From positions 1,440,851 to 1,504,850 of the forward strand of contig NW_003314274.1 of assembly GCF_000143415.4 (NCBI RefSeq): a stretch of 64,000 nucleotides of DNA. The letters are read 5' to 3'. The notes below the pieces were generated by a model, which was not told the origin of the DNA, did not search any database, and saw only the letters and a list, made by a program, of their open reading frames with translations. This document shows, piece by piece, positions 1-11,699 of the stretch (position 1 is its first letter; the number at the start of each line of letters is the position of its first letter). The position numbers were made by a program, and so were the translations under genes. The DNA comes from Selaginella moellendorffii (Eukaryota; Plantae; Lycopodiophyta).

Positions 1-3000
1 ACGCCATCTTGCGCGATGCCATAACCACCGGGCCCTAAGGGTTAAGCCAATGGCAGCTTAACTAACAAAAGGTATGAAGTTTAAGTTTTCAAAGATATTT
101 GTTTTGCCTGGTTGCTACAATATTATAGACTTTGGAGATCAGAGTGATCTATAAACTGGGACTGGGAGTGGGAGTGGGAAGACCATATGAACATTGTGGT
201 GGGATTATCCAGCTCTCTGGCTCCATAGACTAAGATCAGCCAGCATGACTACATTGCTGTGTTTTTCTTCTTCTTGAAGTATACCACATCCTGATCTTCC
301 AAATCTTTCACTGCAGCTCCCATCTGGATCCGGATTTCTATTGAGATTGAGAGTTTTCATACATTCTTCCTCCAACCTTTGGAACTTGTCAATGATATCG
401 AGAGACATTAGAGGCTTGCAGCGACATAATCTTTTGGGCTGTCAAACGATTCCTCGTGCTCAGTACATACTCCATCTTGTCTAACTGTATGAAAAGGCCG
501 AGGTTTCCTTGCTTGTATACCAATGGATTTCAACGATTCTGATGGTCTTTTTCTTTGCGAAGTCCAATTTAGAGCTTCTTTAAGGTGCACAAACGGGAAC
601 ATGAGCGCGGTTGCTTCCAACGACTTCTGTAAAAATCTGGTTCACAGGTACACTCTTTTTCTGAAATTTATGTTCTCCAGATATGAACAAGGCTAAAACA
701 GTGATAGTATCTATTCTCTCCAAGTATTCATGGTGAATGCGCATCACTCCATTCAGTCCAGATCATCTGGTAAGTCTTCTGTTTTTTGCTTTATGTTTCT
801 GCATTATTTTCTTTCTTTCCTTCGTTGAACGGAAATGCATCTGGTCTGTCCAATGCATTGCCATTGCCTCACGCACAAGCCGAGAAATTTACAACGAACA
901 CAGGAAGTGGAGCAGCAAACTTCTCGTAAGTGGTCCCCGTTCGTTTTTTTTTTTTTTTTTGACATCAAAAGGCCGCGAACGCGTTGTATTGCGACCTCAA
1001 GGGCGGGCCTCATTTCTCCTTGCAAGCACCAAGTGACGACGTTAATGTATACTCGATTTGCCAAAGTTCTCCATTATTTACAGGGACATATTATATGTGT
1101 GAGAGCAAAAAAGAGCGAAGGCATTGGCTTTGTGTCCGCCTGAGCAAGAGCCTCAATGCTGCTACATAGGATCCTCTTCCTAAAGACCTCCTGTCTGCAT
1201 TCATTTTCTGTTTCTTTCCCTTTTGTTTTGGTGCCATGGTGGGGATATTGCAGCGAGGATGTTCAAAGTAGCTATCTTCTTCTTTTCTAAGGGTGTTGAA
1301 ACCTTTCTTGTAAGAAAGAAGAGAGAACGCACTGTTTAACGATGTTTTGACGCTCCTCTGTTGCAAGACCCCAGAGATTGGAGAGAACGCCAAGGCCGGG
1401 ACGGTGGCGAAGCTGGAATCCATCTCGATCCAAGAGGAAGTGGGCTTCGCAGAAGAGGAGCCAGATGGCGTAGTTTCTATGCGTTTATATTTAATATAGC
1501 CTTCTCATTTTGCTTAATTACGGAGTTTTCTAACAGGGGAAGCGTGTTGTAGAAGCTCCCCAAAATCTTAAAACTAGCCGTTGTAACGAAGAACCCTAGA
1601 AATGGGGATGGGGAAGGTAAGAAATCTTTCTCGCGCAGCTCCTGATCAGTCTCGTCTACAGGATCGTCTACAGGCGGGTCAGATGGCATCCTCTCTTTCA
1701 TATGAAGAGCTTGTCATAGATTCTAAAGTCCCGAGGCTTGGTTTTGCGATTGACAGGGATGGACTGAAGTTGTGGCGAGGCTTTCAGAGATCCATCTCGT
1801 GGGCGAAAGCCTGGTGATGTGAGTAGTGCATCGGTACAAGTTGGGATATTAAGTTCCCTGGTATGTTTCTTGTTATTCCCCAAGCATTTTACTTTGAAAG
1901 CTCTAGCACCAGAAAGACCACTGAACCGGGCAAACAGTGTGGTCTCCAAGAAGTGATAGACGCTCAACTTATAGTTACGTATATGACAGTCCGGCTTCTC
2001 ACTCACCATCAGTGACGACAAACTCACTCACCTTTTATTAGGACCACTTGAGGACTTTGCATACATTGCAATTATGAATCTCTTTAAGAGTAAGCACTAA
2101 AATTGATATTCCTTTGAGGTAAGAAAAGGGAAGATGAGTTTATATAAATTGGGTTTGATATATGTTATAAAAAAAAATTCAAAAAAATTAGTATTCAAGA
2201 AAGGAAGATACATGGGAACATGACCTTTTATTGAGATATTACACAATTGGATAAAGAAGAAAGTGATTCTACCTACACAAACAATAATAAATATAGTGAA
2301 GGTAGTGGTTTGTGGTATATTTATGAAGTACACTCTCTAAGCTTTTATTATGAGATTGCTAATGAAGATGTTAGTATGGACTTTGCAACAAAAAGCTTTT
2401 ACAAGTTTGATGTTGAATATCATTTTACTCCAAGACATTGCCCACAAATTGAATTACCTCAAGTGGTTAATGAAGAAAGTGCATCATAACAAGTTGAAAT
2501 TGTTTATTAAAGCATGAAGCTGAGGGAATGGGTAATTTGCCAAGTGTTAACAAAATTTAATGTAATATAGTGATACTTCTAAAATGCAAATGCTAGATCT
2601 AGATCTATGGTGACAAATTTATTTATGTTCTATCCCCATATTTCCATAGGGAATAAAAGCAAGTAAAATATTAAAGATAGTGTTGATTGTATTGTTGCAA
2701 TATCAATATTAACCATACTAAGTAGCTTAAAGACATTATAGTGATAAAATTTGATGCAATACCTTAAGAATGGCTATGTTAATGGGTCATCCTCACCTTG
2801 GATAAGATTGAAAACCTTAAGAAATTTAGTTTAAATCTTAAGAGTAGAGTTGAAGACATGAGTGACAAAATTAATATTATTCCAATAAAGATACATAAAA
2901 GGCTAGCAAGAAAAGGTAAGATAGCTAAATTTATTGGTCCCATTTATGAAAACAAAAGGTGGAAAGTACATAACTACTATTCAAGACTTTCCTTTTTAGG

Positions 3001-3327
3001 AAGGCATATACTCCTTACAAGCATATGTATTACATTTTTATTAGAATCCTATAGTGCATATTATATACACCAAATAATCTTTATTACTGTCGAGTTATAA
3101 AAATATTTTTGGATGTAGTTAGATTATATTTTATTCTCTATTGATAATATAAGCTTTTATATTTTATAAAATTACTAGAAATAAGTTTATATTCATATGT
3201 CTCATAGATACATGGCCTTATAAAATAATATTAACTCAAACTTAATCATTTTTAAAATTTGATAGATCTTTGATATTTATAATTAATTTAAATATTGTAA
3301 AAATTTAAATTAAATTTAAATTAAATG

Positions 3328-6300
3328 TGTGAGTGTATGGAATATAAAAAGGGAATACAAAAAATGTGCATATCAATTAGCTTAAAAACCCTAATTTATA
3401 TATAGGAGTGAGTGGTCCAAATTGAAACCAATCTGATGGCTACCAAAATCCCATTACGTTAATACTAACATATGGTATCGTAGCCGTACACTTGGACCTC
3501 ACATCATCCCCTCCTCTTGGAATAATAGAAGACCATCAAGGTTCTCTCGTAGATGGGCCGGGATTGGGTGGAATATTAGGAGGAGGCATTAATAGATTTG
3601 TAGGTGATATCAATTGTTTTGAATCCTTTTGTATGAAGCATTTTAACTGTTCCACATGCACAATTTCTAAAGGATCATCCTATTAGATATCATGCTAAAT
3701 CTCATAAACTTGTGGTCCAACTTGCTGCAATACCTGATATAGTCCTTTCCACTAAACAAGGAGCCTCTTAGATAAACCACGTATCGTAAGATGAGGAAAA
3801 CGGACTAACACTAAGTCATCCACTTTGTACTCTTGTAATGCTATTGTTGTCTCACTTGTATGCAGTTTGGTAAACTCTGCTTGGACAAATGGAAGAATGT
3901 TTGTCAAATATTAATCCCACAACCTAGCATTGACAACTCATGGCAATTGCGAAGGTAAACCCAGCTCCGTTGGTAATATTGGATTATGACTATATAGGAG
4001 TTTATATGGTGAAACACCAATAGAACTCTGCACCCCTATAATATATGTACATCGAATAGACGCCAAATAACCATCTTAATCTAATGTTGAAAGTTCATGT
4101 ACTTCGCAATCATCCCTTTGAATGTCCGAATGAGCCATTCCACCAAACCATATGATTGTGGATGATAAGCACTCGTGAAAGTGTGGCATATTCCCAACTG
4201 AGATGTCAAAACATAAAATGCCTTAGCCATAAATGTGGGACCATTATCTGAAAGAATCTGCTCCAGACAAGAATGCTGGAATACCACTCAATTGAGGAAG
4301 TATATAACAACAATTGCAAAGGTGCTAGCAAGAGCACCAATTTCCACCTAATGAGTCAAGTAATCAGAAGCAATAATAACATACTCATTGCTAACAGTTG
4401 ATCGTGGAAAAAGTCTCATAAAATCAAATGCCATCAACTCAAACGGATGGGAAATTGCAATTAACTCCAACTATCCTCTTACAGCATAAAGGGGAGTATT
4501 ATAAGCTTGGAACCAAACAAAGCTATACATATACCAAAACATCATGTCGCATCTTTGGCCAATAGAAATATCCATATGGCTTTTCAGTCACACAATAATG
4601 TCCCATATGCCTGCTTAAAACAGGAGCATGGAGGAACTGTGGAATAAAGATTGAAGGCACCATCAGCCATAAGTGATCATTAGGATCCATCCTCACAAAA
4701 TAAAGAAGGTCATTTTCAAGATGATATTGAGAATGTAAATGCCAAAATGGCAAGTCATCAACAAATGATGAAATATTCTCAAACTCATCATGAAGCCTTT
4801 GAATCTATGGCTCAATCTTTTGAGCCTTGTGAATTTCATCAAGAGAAAGTAGATCTTGCTCTGCACCTTGTGGACACTAAACGTCAAGTACAACAACCGC
4901 CGATGGCATAGAATCCTTGTCTAGAAAATCCATAAATGCTAAAACAACAAGCTCGTCTGAAACATGAAAAGAGAGCAAAGAAGGAAAAGGAGCTCAAGAA
5001 AGGGCATCAGCATCAGCCATAGAACTCCCCGAGTGATGAACAACATCAAAATTATATATTTGAAGCCTCAAAGCCCACCGAGTAGTATAACCAACTAAGT
5101 TTTTCTACTTCAATAATGAAGTAACAGCAGCATGATCACTTTTTAGTAATGTTTGAGAACCATATAGATATGCATAAAGTTTCTCGAAACCCCAGACTAC
5201 TACTAAACACTCCTTCTCTATCATGGAGTAGTTCACCTCCGCTAGTTGTAATGTACAACTGATGTATGCAATGGGATGGCGCTAACTAGGCATACTCGGG
5301 CTCTCTTGCATCAACACATCTCCAAAACCAATATCATAAACATCCACACACAAAATGAAAGGTCAAGTGTAGTCAGGATATACAAAAACCAAAGGAGTCG
5401 TCAATATCACTTTGAGATTTATGCACATTCACTCATAGTCCATAGACCAAATAAAAGATGATGTTGATGACTTTAGCAATACTCGCAATAGTGCATGATT
5501 AGAAAGATGATCCACGAAATGATCGAGATATTGCACCTTGTCTAGGAAGTGCTACACATCATTCACACACTTCGGAGTAGAGAACTTTAGAACAGCCACA
5601 AGTTTGTCAAAATCAACTTATAAACCCTCACAAGAAGCACAGTACCCAAGATAAGTTATATCGTTAGACCTTAACATGCACTTCGACCACTTCAGTTTTA
5701 AACCAATAACCGATCCAACACTTTACGAACATCACAACCCACGTCCTCTCCAAGTGGATCAAGACATCATCAATGAAGTCAACAGTTACCTCCAGCATAT
5801 CGCAAAGAACCTCATCTATCATTCGCTGAAAAATTGCTAGAGCATTGTTCAAACTAAACAGCATCACCAAGAACTCGTACAAAATAAATGATGTATGAAA
5901 ATCAATCTTAGGAATATCTTCTTCAGCCATAGGTACATGCTAGTACCCAAAAGCACAATCTAGTTTGGTGAACTAGTAACTTCTCCCCAAACAATTTAAG
6001 AAATCAATAGTGTGAAGAAGAGGGTATATATCAAAGATCGTCACTTCATTTCACGGACAATAGTCAATGCAGAAATGAATACTCCCATCAGACTTCGTAA
6101 TAAGATGAGGCCATCTCTATTGTCTCTGCAGACCAGACATGCCCAAGGACTCCACGACTTTCAAATAAAACCCTTTTCTAACATTATTTTGATATTTGCA
6201 TGTAAAATCTTGATCTCTTTGGCTGAGCAACGATGAACCTTGATTAAACGAGCATCCTTAGTTGAAATCAAATGATGGGTGGCAATCTTGGCCCCAGACA

Positions 6301-8261
6301 ATAAATTAAATTCAAAGAAATTGGCATACTCCTTCATAAGTCAATCAACCATTACAACACAAAGACTGTCAGAGGGATCGGAAAAGAGGAAAGAGGAACA
6401 AGACGAAAACATAAGAGAAAGTAATGGGGAGACAAACAAAATAGAAGCAAAGGTAGAAGTAGAGGGACAAAAAAGTACAGAATTGAGAGGAATGAATGAA
6501 ATATAAGGAAGTATAAGACAAAGGGGAGAAGCTTCAAAGTCATACTTGGCATGATTTCGTTACAACCAATCCATACTAAAGATGAGGTCAAAAGTTTGAC
6601 TGGGCATCACTCACAATGACCACAACCCAAGCTCAAGATTGCCCACACGCACAACAAAGTTTGCTTCATTCCGTGCATATGTATATGTACGACTGTTGCC
6701 ATAAAAAATGAAAATTGGCTCCACCACATGACGCAAATGTAGATAGTAACGTGTGGTAATAGGTCGAGCAATAGAAGATAAACTCAAACCTGTATCAACC
6801 AACACAGAGAAAATAATAGGAGTCTTCTTGTTATAAAAACTAGCTTAGAAAGTAAACACTAAATGAACTGATGCCGAGTGAACCACTTGATAATACTCTT
6901 GAAAGAAAGATGAAGAGGCACTGACTTATTCGCGCAAGGTCCCTTTATTACTTGCTTGATTCCTCATTTCCTAGATGTATTTCGGTGTCCAGACCTTCCA
7001 CTACAGTAGCACCAACAAGACATTGTTGATGCCAAGGTCTTCACCCAAGAAATGGAGGCTATTAATCTGGAAAATGCGAACAACACCGATAAGTGTGACT
7101 AACTTCATTATATACCCAGTAGTGAATATCACAGCCACGACCACGTTTTTGCCCTTGTCTTTGAACTTGAGTAGCAACAACATTAACCTTTATTGGAACA
7201 AGACCATCTCCCATAAGAAATAGAGCTAAAGGATGTGTAACAAGAAGTGAAAGAGGCAATGTCTCATAAAGTTGCGCTAAGCAAAGGGCATTATCAAGGG
7301 TGGTTATAGTAAGTGCATGCACAAGTCCTACAAGATCTTGATAAAGTGTTGGCCACATCCCAGCTTGATCCGCTCTAACATATTTAGCTCCGCATGAAGC
7401 AAGAGGTTTCGGAAACAAACACCAAATTGCATCACTAACTCTAATAGCCCTTGATGACGATGATGCAATTGTTAAAAGGCATCATCACAATCATCAGCAT
7501 GTCTGAATGTATGTTTTAAAACGTCCGGGAGAATACTCTAATCCCCATCAATGACTACACTCAAACCATTGTACCATTGCAGCACCATCCCTTGGAGATA
7601 TATAGGAAACTCACACAAATGTCGAGCATCATCTTAAGAATGATCAGTGGCAATCACTGTGAAGTGATTAAACCTATAGTACATATCATCCCTAAGATTC
7701 CAACCAAAAAACTCCAGCTGAATGTGAAGATTGACACTAAGACCAAAAGGAGTTATACCACGTGCCATGAATGCTACTATGGTACTAGTTTGGTTATTCA
7801 ATTGCAATTGCATAGCATCAAACAATTACACTAACTGTTGCTCTAGAGTCAAAGGAGGAAACTGCTGCTCTGCCATGAAGATGAATGAAAAGGAAAAAAG
7901 AAAAGAAAAGAAATGGAAAAAGCTAGAAGGAAAGGGAGATTTAAACAATGGAAAAGTTAAATCTAAACCAAAATCCCCAAAGAAAAGAACAAAAAAAAGG
8001 AAATGGAAAAAACTAAATCTAGACAATACAAAAGCTAGATCTAAATATAATCCTAATCCAAGCATTCCTCAAGGATAATCAAAAGTGCTTTTCATCTCCA
8101 CCAATGTAAGTGCATGGAATATAAAATGTGCATATTAATTAACCCAAAAAATTTAGGTTATATACAAAGTGAGTGGTCTAGATTGAAACCAATCCGACAG
8201 CTACCAAGTCCCACTATATTAATATTAGCATACGGCATCGTACCGTACACTTGACCTCACA
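3328..8261 (-). mobile_element. Decayed Ty3/Gypsy LTR retrotransposon
   Basis: Short direct LTRs at 3328-3503 (TGTGAG...CTCACA) and 8105-8261 (TGTAAG...CTCACA), with AATG on both flanks. Minus-strand PBS TGGTGGAGATG at 8093-8103; PPT (rc of tcatcccctcctcttgg) next to the left LTR. Broken ORFs: protease (LVDTG, ~6800), RT (YEFLVMLFSLNNALAIFQR...FIDDVLI, 5664-5930) and integrase (ILSDNGPTF...TSAYHPQSYG, 4081-4287), in Gypsy order. Confidence 0.88.
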
Positions 8262-8861
8262 AATGTAAATTTATAAACTTACCTATTTTAGCACATAATA
8301 AATATTTAATGTTTTAGATAAGGAATCTCATTTTTATTAAAATAAAATAATTTATATTGCATAGTTAGATTCACTATAAACCTTAATTTATAAAACTTTG
8401 TAATATTTGTATTAAACTACATTTTAAATTTTAGTTCAACTGGTGAGCTCCAACTTTTCAACGGCAATCTACATGCTATATGGCTAGGTTCATGATGATA
8501 AGGCAATGTTTGTCAATGCCTGTGAAGACTGTCACATGATTATCACTGGCTATGCTGCAACTGGAGATATTCTATTGGCAAGAGAAATGTTTGATTTGAT
8601 GCTGCTGTAAGAAATTAATCACAATACTCCAATACTAGTAGCTTCAATTGCGCAAAATGCTTCCTTGATAGAGCCAGTCTGCCCAACATGAATTTAGTGG
8701 GAGGATGTGTTTGATCATCAGCTATGCCGATGCTGGGTAGGAGCTAGACATTGCACCGATCATATAGAGTTTGTTGCTTGTGCGAAGATTGGAGCTCTTG
8801 AAGAATGTATGGCAATCCATAATGATGTGGCCCATCTTGGCCTAGTGGTGCTGGGTACACA

Positions 8862-9853
8862 CATGGTTGGTCCTAACTGTTCCGAATGCCGATTGGCCGA
8901 CCAGCCGACCGTGGTTATTGACCAGCTGTGAAAATGCCAAATGGCCGAACAGTCCACAAATTTTTTTGATAAAAAAAAAACATTTTTAATAAAACCACAT
9001 TAATAAAAATAGGAAAACCAAAGCAAATGATCCCTCATAGCCTATAGAAGCATTCATAGGCTGAGATTGATTAACACTTTGTGTACCAACTCCAGAAGCA
9101 GATGCCCCATCAAATGCATACTCTGTAGATTTGCTATAGAAGGTAAAGACAAAAGAGCATTTATAATTTGCTCCACAAACATTCAGTAAGCTTAGTTTGA
9201 ACATGAAAAAGAATGTTTAAAGCATTACATGCTTCAATATCATACCTAGAAATTTTAGCAAGATGCACCTTGATTCATTTCGGTAGACTGCCATACATTT
9301 TTTCACAATAATTACATTTCCAATGCCTAGCTCCTTTGCCAGAAGCATAAGGAGTGAGCTTGGTAACATGGGACCATGCTCAATCGGGCACCATTGCTCA
9401 ATTGTGCCAGAATTGCTATAATCGCTAGAATCAAATCTCTGAAATCACTGGAATTGTAATTTCCATTTTAGGGCAAAAATTATAAGTGTCACAGACTGGG
9501 CAATTTGTGAGACCTTAGCGAGCTGCTCCACGCTCAATCGAAAGTAGAGGCTGACCGACTGGAGAGTTTCGCCCTGTAGAGCTCAGTACGCACGCACCTC
9601 CTATAGGCTATAGCCCTCTTTGTCGGATTCTATGTAGGCTTGCTAGGCTGGGCATTCGTGGATGGATGGATCGCTCCATAGCAGCAGGAGAACAGCAAAG
9701 CAGTGGAGATGCAGTGGTGATGGCAATAGCCACAGCAGCATCAGAAATCTAGCCCCTGTGAGCGTGATCACCATTTTTTTCACTGAACGGAGTTGTTCGA
9801 CCGCATTTGGCAGCGGTCGAGATATCGGCCGAACGTGGTCGGGACCAACCATG
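8862..9853 (-). mobile_element. Non-autonomous hAT DNA transposon (deletion derivative)
   Basis: 12-bp TIRs CATGGTTGGTCC / GGACCAACCATG. 8-bp TSD GGTACACA (8854-8861) / GGTACACG (9854-9861). Minus-strand BED zinc-finger relic at ~9225-9345: WKCNYCEKMYGSLPK*IKVHLAKISRYDIEAC. Confidence 0.88.
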
Positions 9854-9925
9854 GGTACACGGCACTGGTCACCTTGTAAGGATGGTGCTCCATGGTTGAG
9901 CAAAGGAAGCACCAAGAGAAGCATG

Positions 9926-11699
9926 TGTGAGACACAAAATCCCTAGGCCCCAAAGTGGAGTTGGAAAAGGTGCCACGTGGTAGTGGCCGAAGCGAAAGCC
10001 CAAACGAGGGTAACATGTTTGGACTAAAAGCTCCGACTTGGAAGGTCGAGAGCGGGAGTGGAACTCCCAACAAAGTGCTCGAGGAACAAGCACGAAGCGA
10101 GCAATAAGCGAGGCTCCAAAAAGGGACCCAAAAAGGACCAACACATGACACGTGGAAGTGTCCGAGATGGAGTCCGAGACGGACCCTAGTTGGAGTCTGA
10201 GATGGACCCAAAGTGGAGTCCGATATGGAGTCCGAAGTGGAGTCCGAGACGGACCCTAGTTGGAGTCCGAGATGGACCCAAAGTGGAGTCCGATATGGAG
10301 TCCGAGATGGAGTCCGAGGTGGACCGAGATGGAGTTCGAGATGGACCCGAGATGGAGTCCGAGATGGAGTCCGAGATGGACCCGAGATGGAGTCCGAGAT
10401 GGAGTCCGAGGTGGACCGAGACGGAGTCCGAGATGGACCCGACATGGAGTCCGAGATGGACCGAGACGGAGTCCGAGATGGAGTCCGAGATGGAGTCCGA
10501 GATGGACCGAGACGGAGCCCGAGATGGAGTCCGAGGTCGAGACCGAGACCGGGACCGAGACCGGGACCGAGACCGAGACAGAGACCGGGACCGAGACCGG
10601 GACCGAGACCGAGACCGAGGCCAAGGCTGAGACCGAGCCCGAGCCCGAGTCCGAGTCCGAGTCCGAGTCCGAGTCCGAGTCTGAGTCCGACTTCGAGTCT
10701 GAGAGGGTGAAAGCCTAAAGCGTTCATCTCCCAGACCCTGGGGGGTTTGGTGAGCTCCAAAAGTATAGTAAGGGGGAGGACTGTAGTGGAGCCAGTTTGG
10801 CCAGGAAAGGCCAGTTTGGCCCAGGGAGGCCAGACCCAGTGTTGGGTGATGAACTGACCACTGGGAAGTCCAAGACTAGAGTGAATACGGACCGACAAGT
10901 GGGGTAGCTTGGTGAAGTGTTCAAGAGCCGGCTCTAGTTCCCCCGGGAGATCGACTGGCCGATGCTCCCAGTCCAAGTGTGGGTGGCACTACCTACTTGG
11001 ATACCAGGCGTGGCTCAACGGAACCTCGCTCTAAGCCCACGGCTAGAGCACCTAAAGGCGAAAGGCGGGGAGAGTACCCAGGTGGCTCGCGTAAGGCCAC
11101 AGTGTTCCGAAATGTTGTCCCAAAGGCCTAGACTGTGGAAAGGAAGAGGAGCAGTCCTCTGGGGTAGTGACCAAGGACACAGTCGTGTGGTGAGGAAGTC
11201 CCAAAGGACCATGAGACTTAGTGGTCGGGCCTGTGGGCCTCGATCTAGTGGCAGTGTTGGGAAACACGGCCAGGGGCAGAAAGGGACTTGGTAGGAATTG
11301 ACAAAGGGACTTTGGGGAAAGCGATTCCCCAGGTCTGTGGGCATCCTAAGGATGCTAAGGAGTGGATCTAGGATGACCACTCATGGACAGATGGCCCAGT
11401 CTTGGAGAGACGGGATGGTGATGCAAGTGGTATTGGACCACTAGTGCAGCAAAGGTGAATGGGCATGGCCTTAGTGTAACGGGCCGCGATGTCAGTGGTA
11501 CCTTTGGGTGTCGGTCTTGGGATCGGACACGTGGAGCACTTGGACCAGGTGCAAGTGTTGAGTGGCATGGATGTCATTCTTGGGGCTAGCAAGTCCCAAG
11601 TCCTGAATTGGACTAATGGAGGTTGTGAATGAGACTCCTCCAAGTGGTCGGAGGTGTGGTTAAGTGACTAAAGTAGAATGGAAAAATTAGTCGCTTACA
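9926..11699 (+). repeat. 5' LTR of LARD copy 1, containing a GGAGTCCGAGAT/GACCGA/GAGTCC tandem array (~10160-10700)
   Basis: Near-identical to 15676-17479; internal 10-12-bp and 6-bp tandem units. Confidence 0.92.

Noticed and set aside
205-620. Possible degenerate paralog of the CRN-like gene (shared DKFQRL)
   Set aside because: Only six residues match and no other NTPase/nuclease motif is nearby. The 1-2000 region may hold an unrelated spliced gene I cannot identify.
2050-3320. Short AT-rich ORFs as transposase remnants
   Set aside because: No recognisable catalytic or zinc-finger motif.
10160-10700. CRISPR-like repeat array
   Set aside because: Contiguous tandem units without unique spacers, no cas genes, eukaryotic LTR context.
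9780-10976. 398-aa ORF (also 15575-16756 and similar ORFs at 45.4-46.3 kb and 51.1-51.9 kb)
   Set aside because: They arise from stop-free tandem repeats in LTRs, are open in several frames, cross element boundaries and are low complexity.
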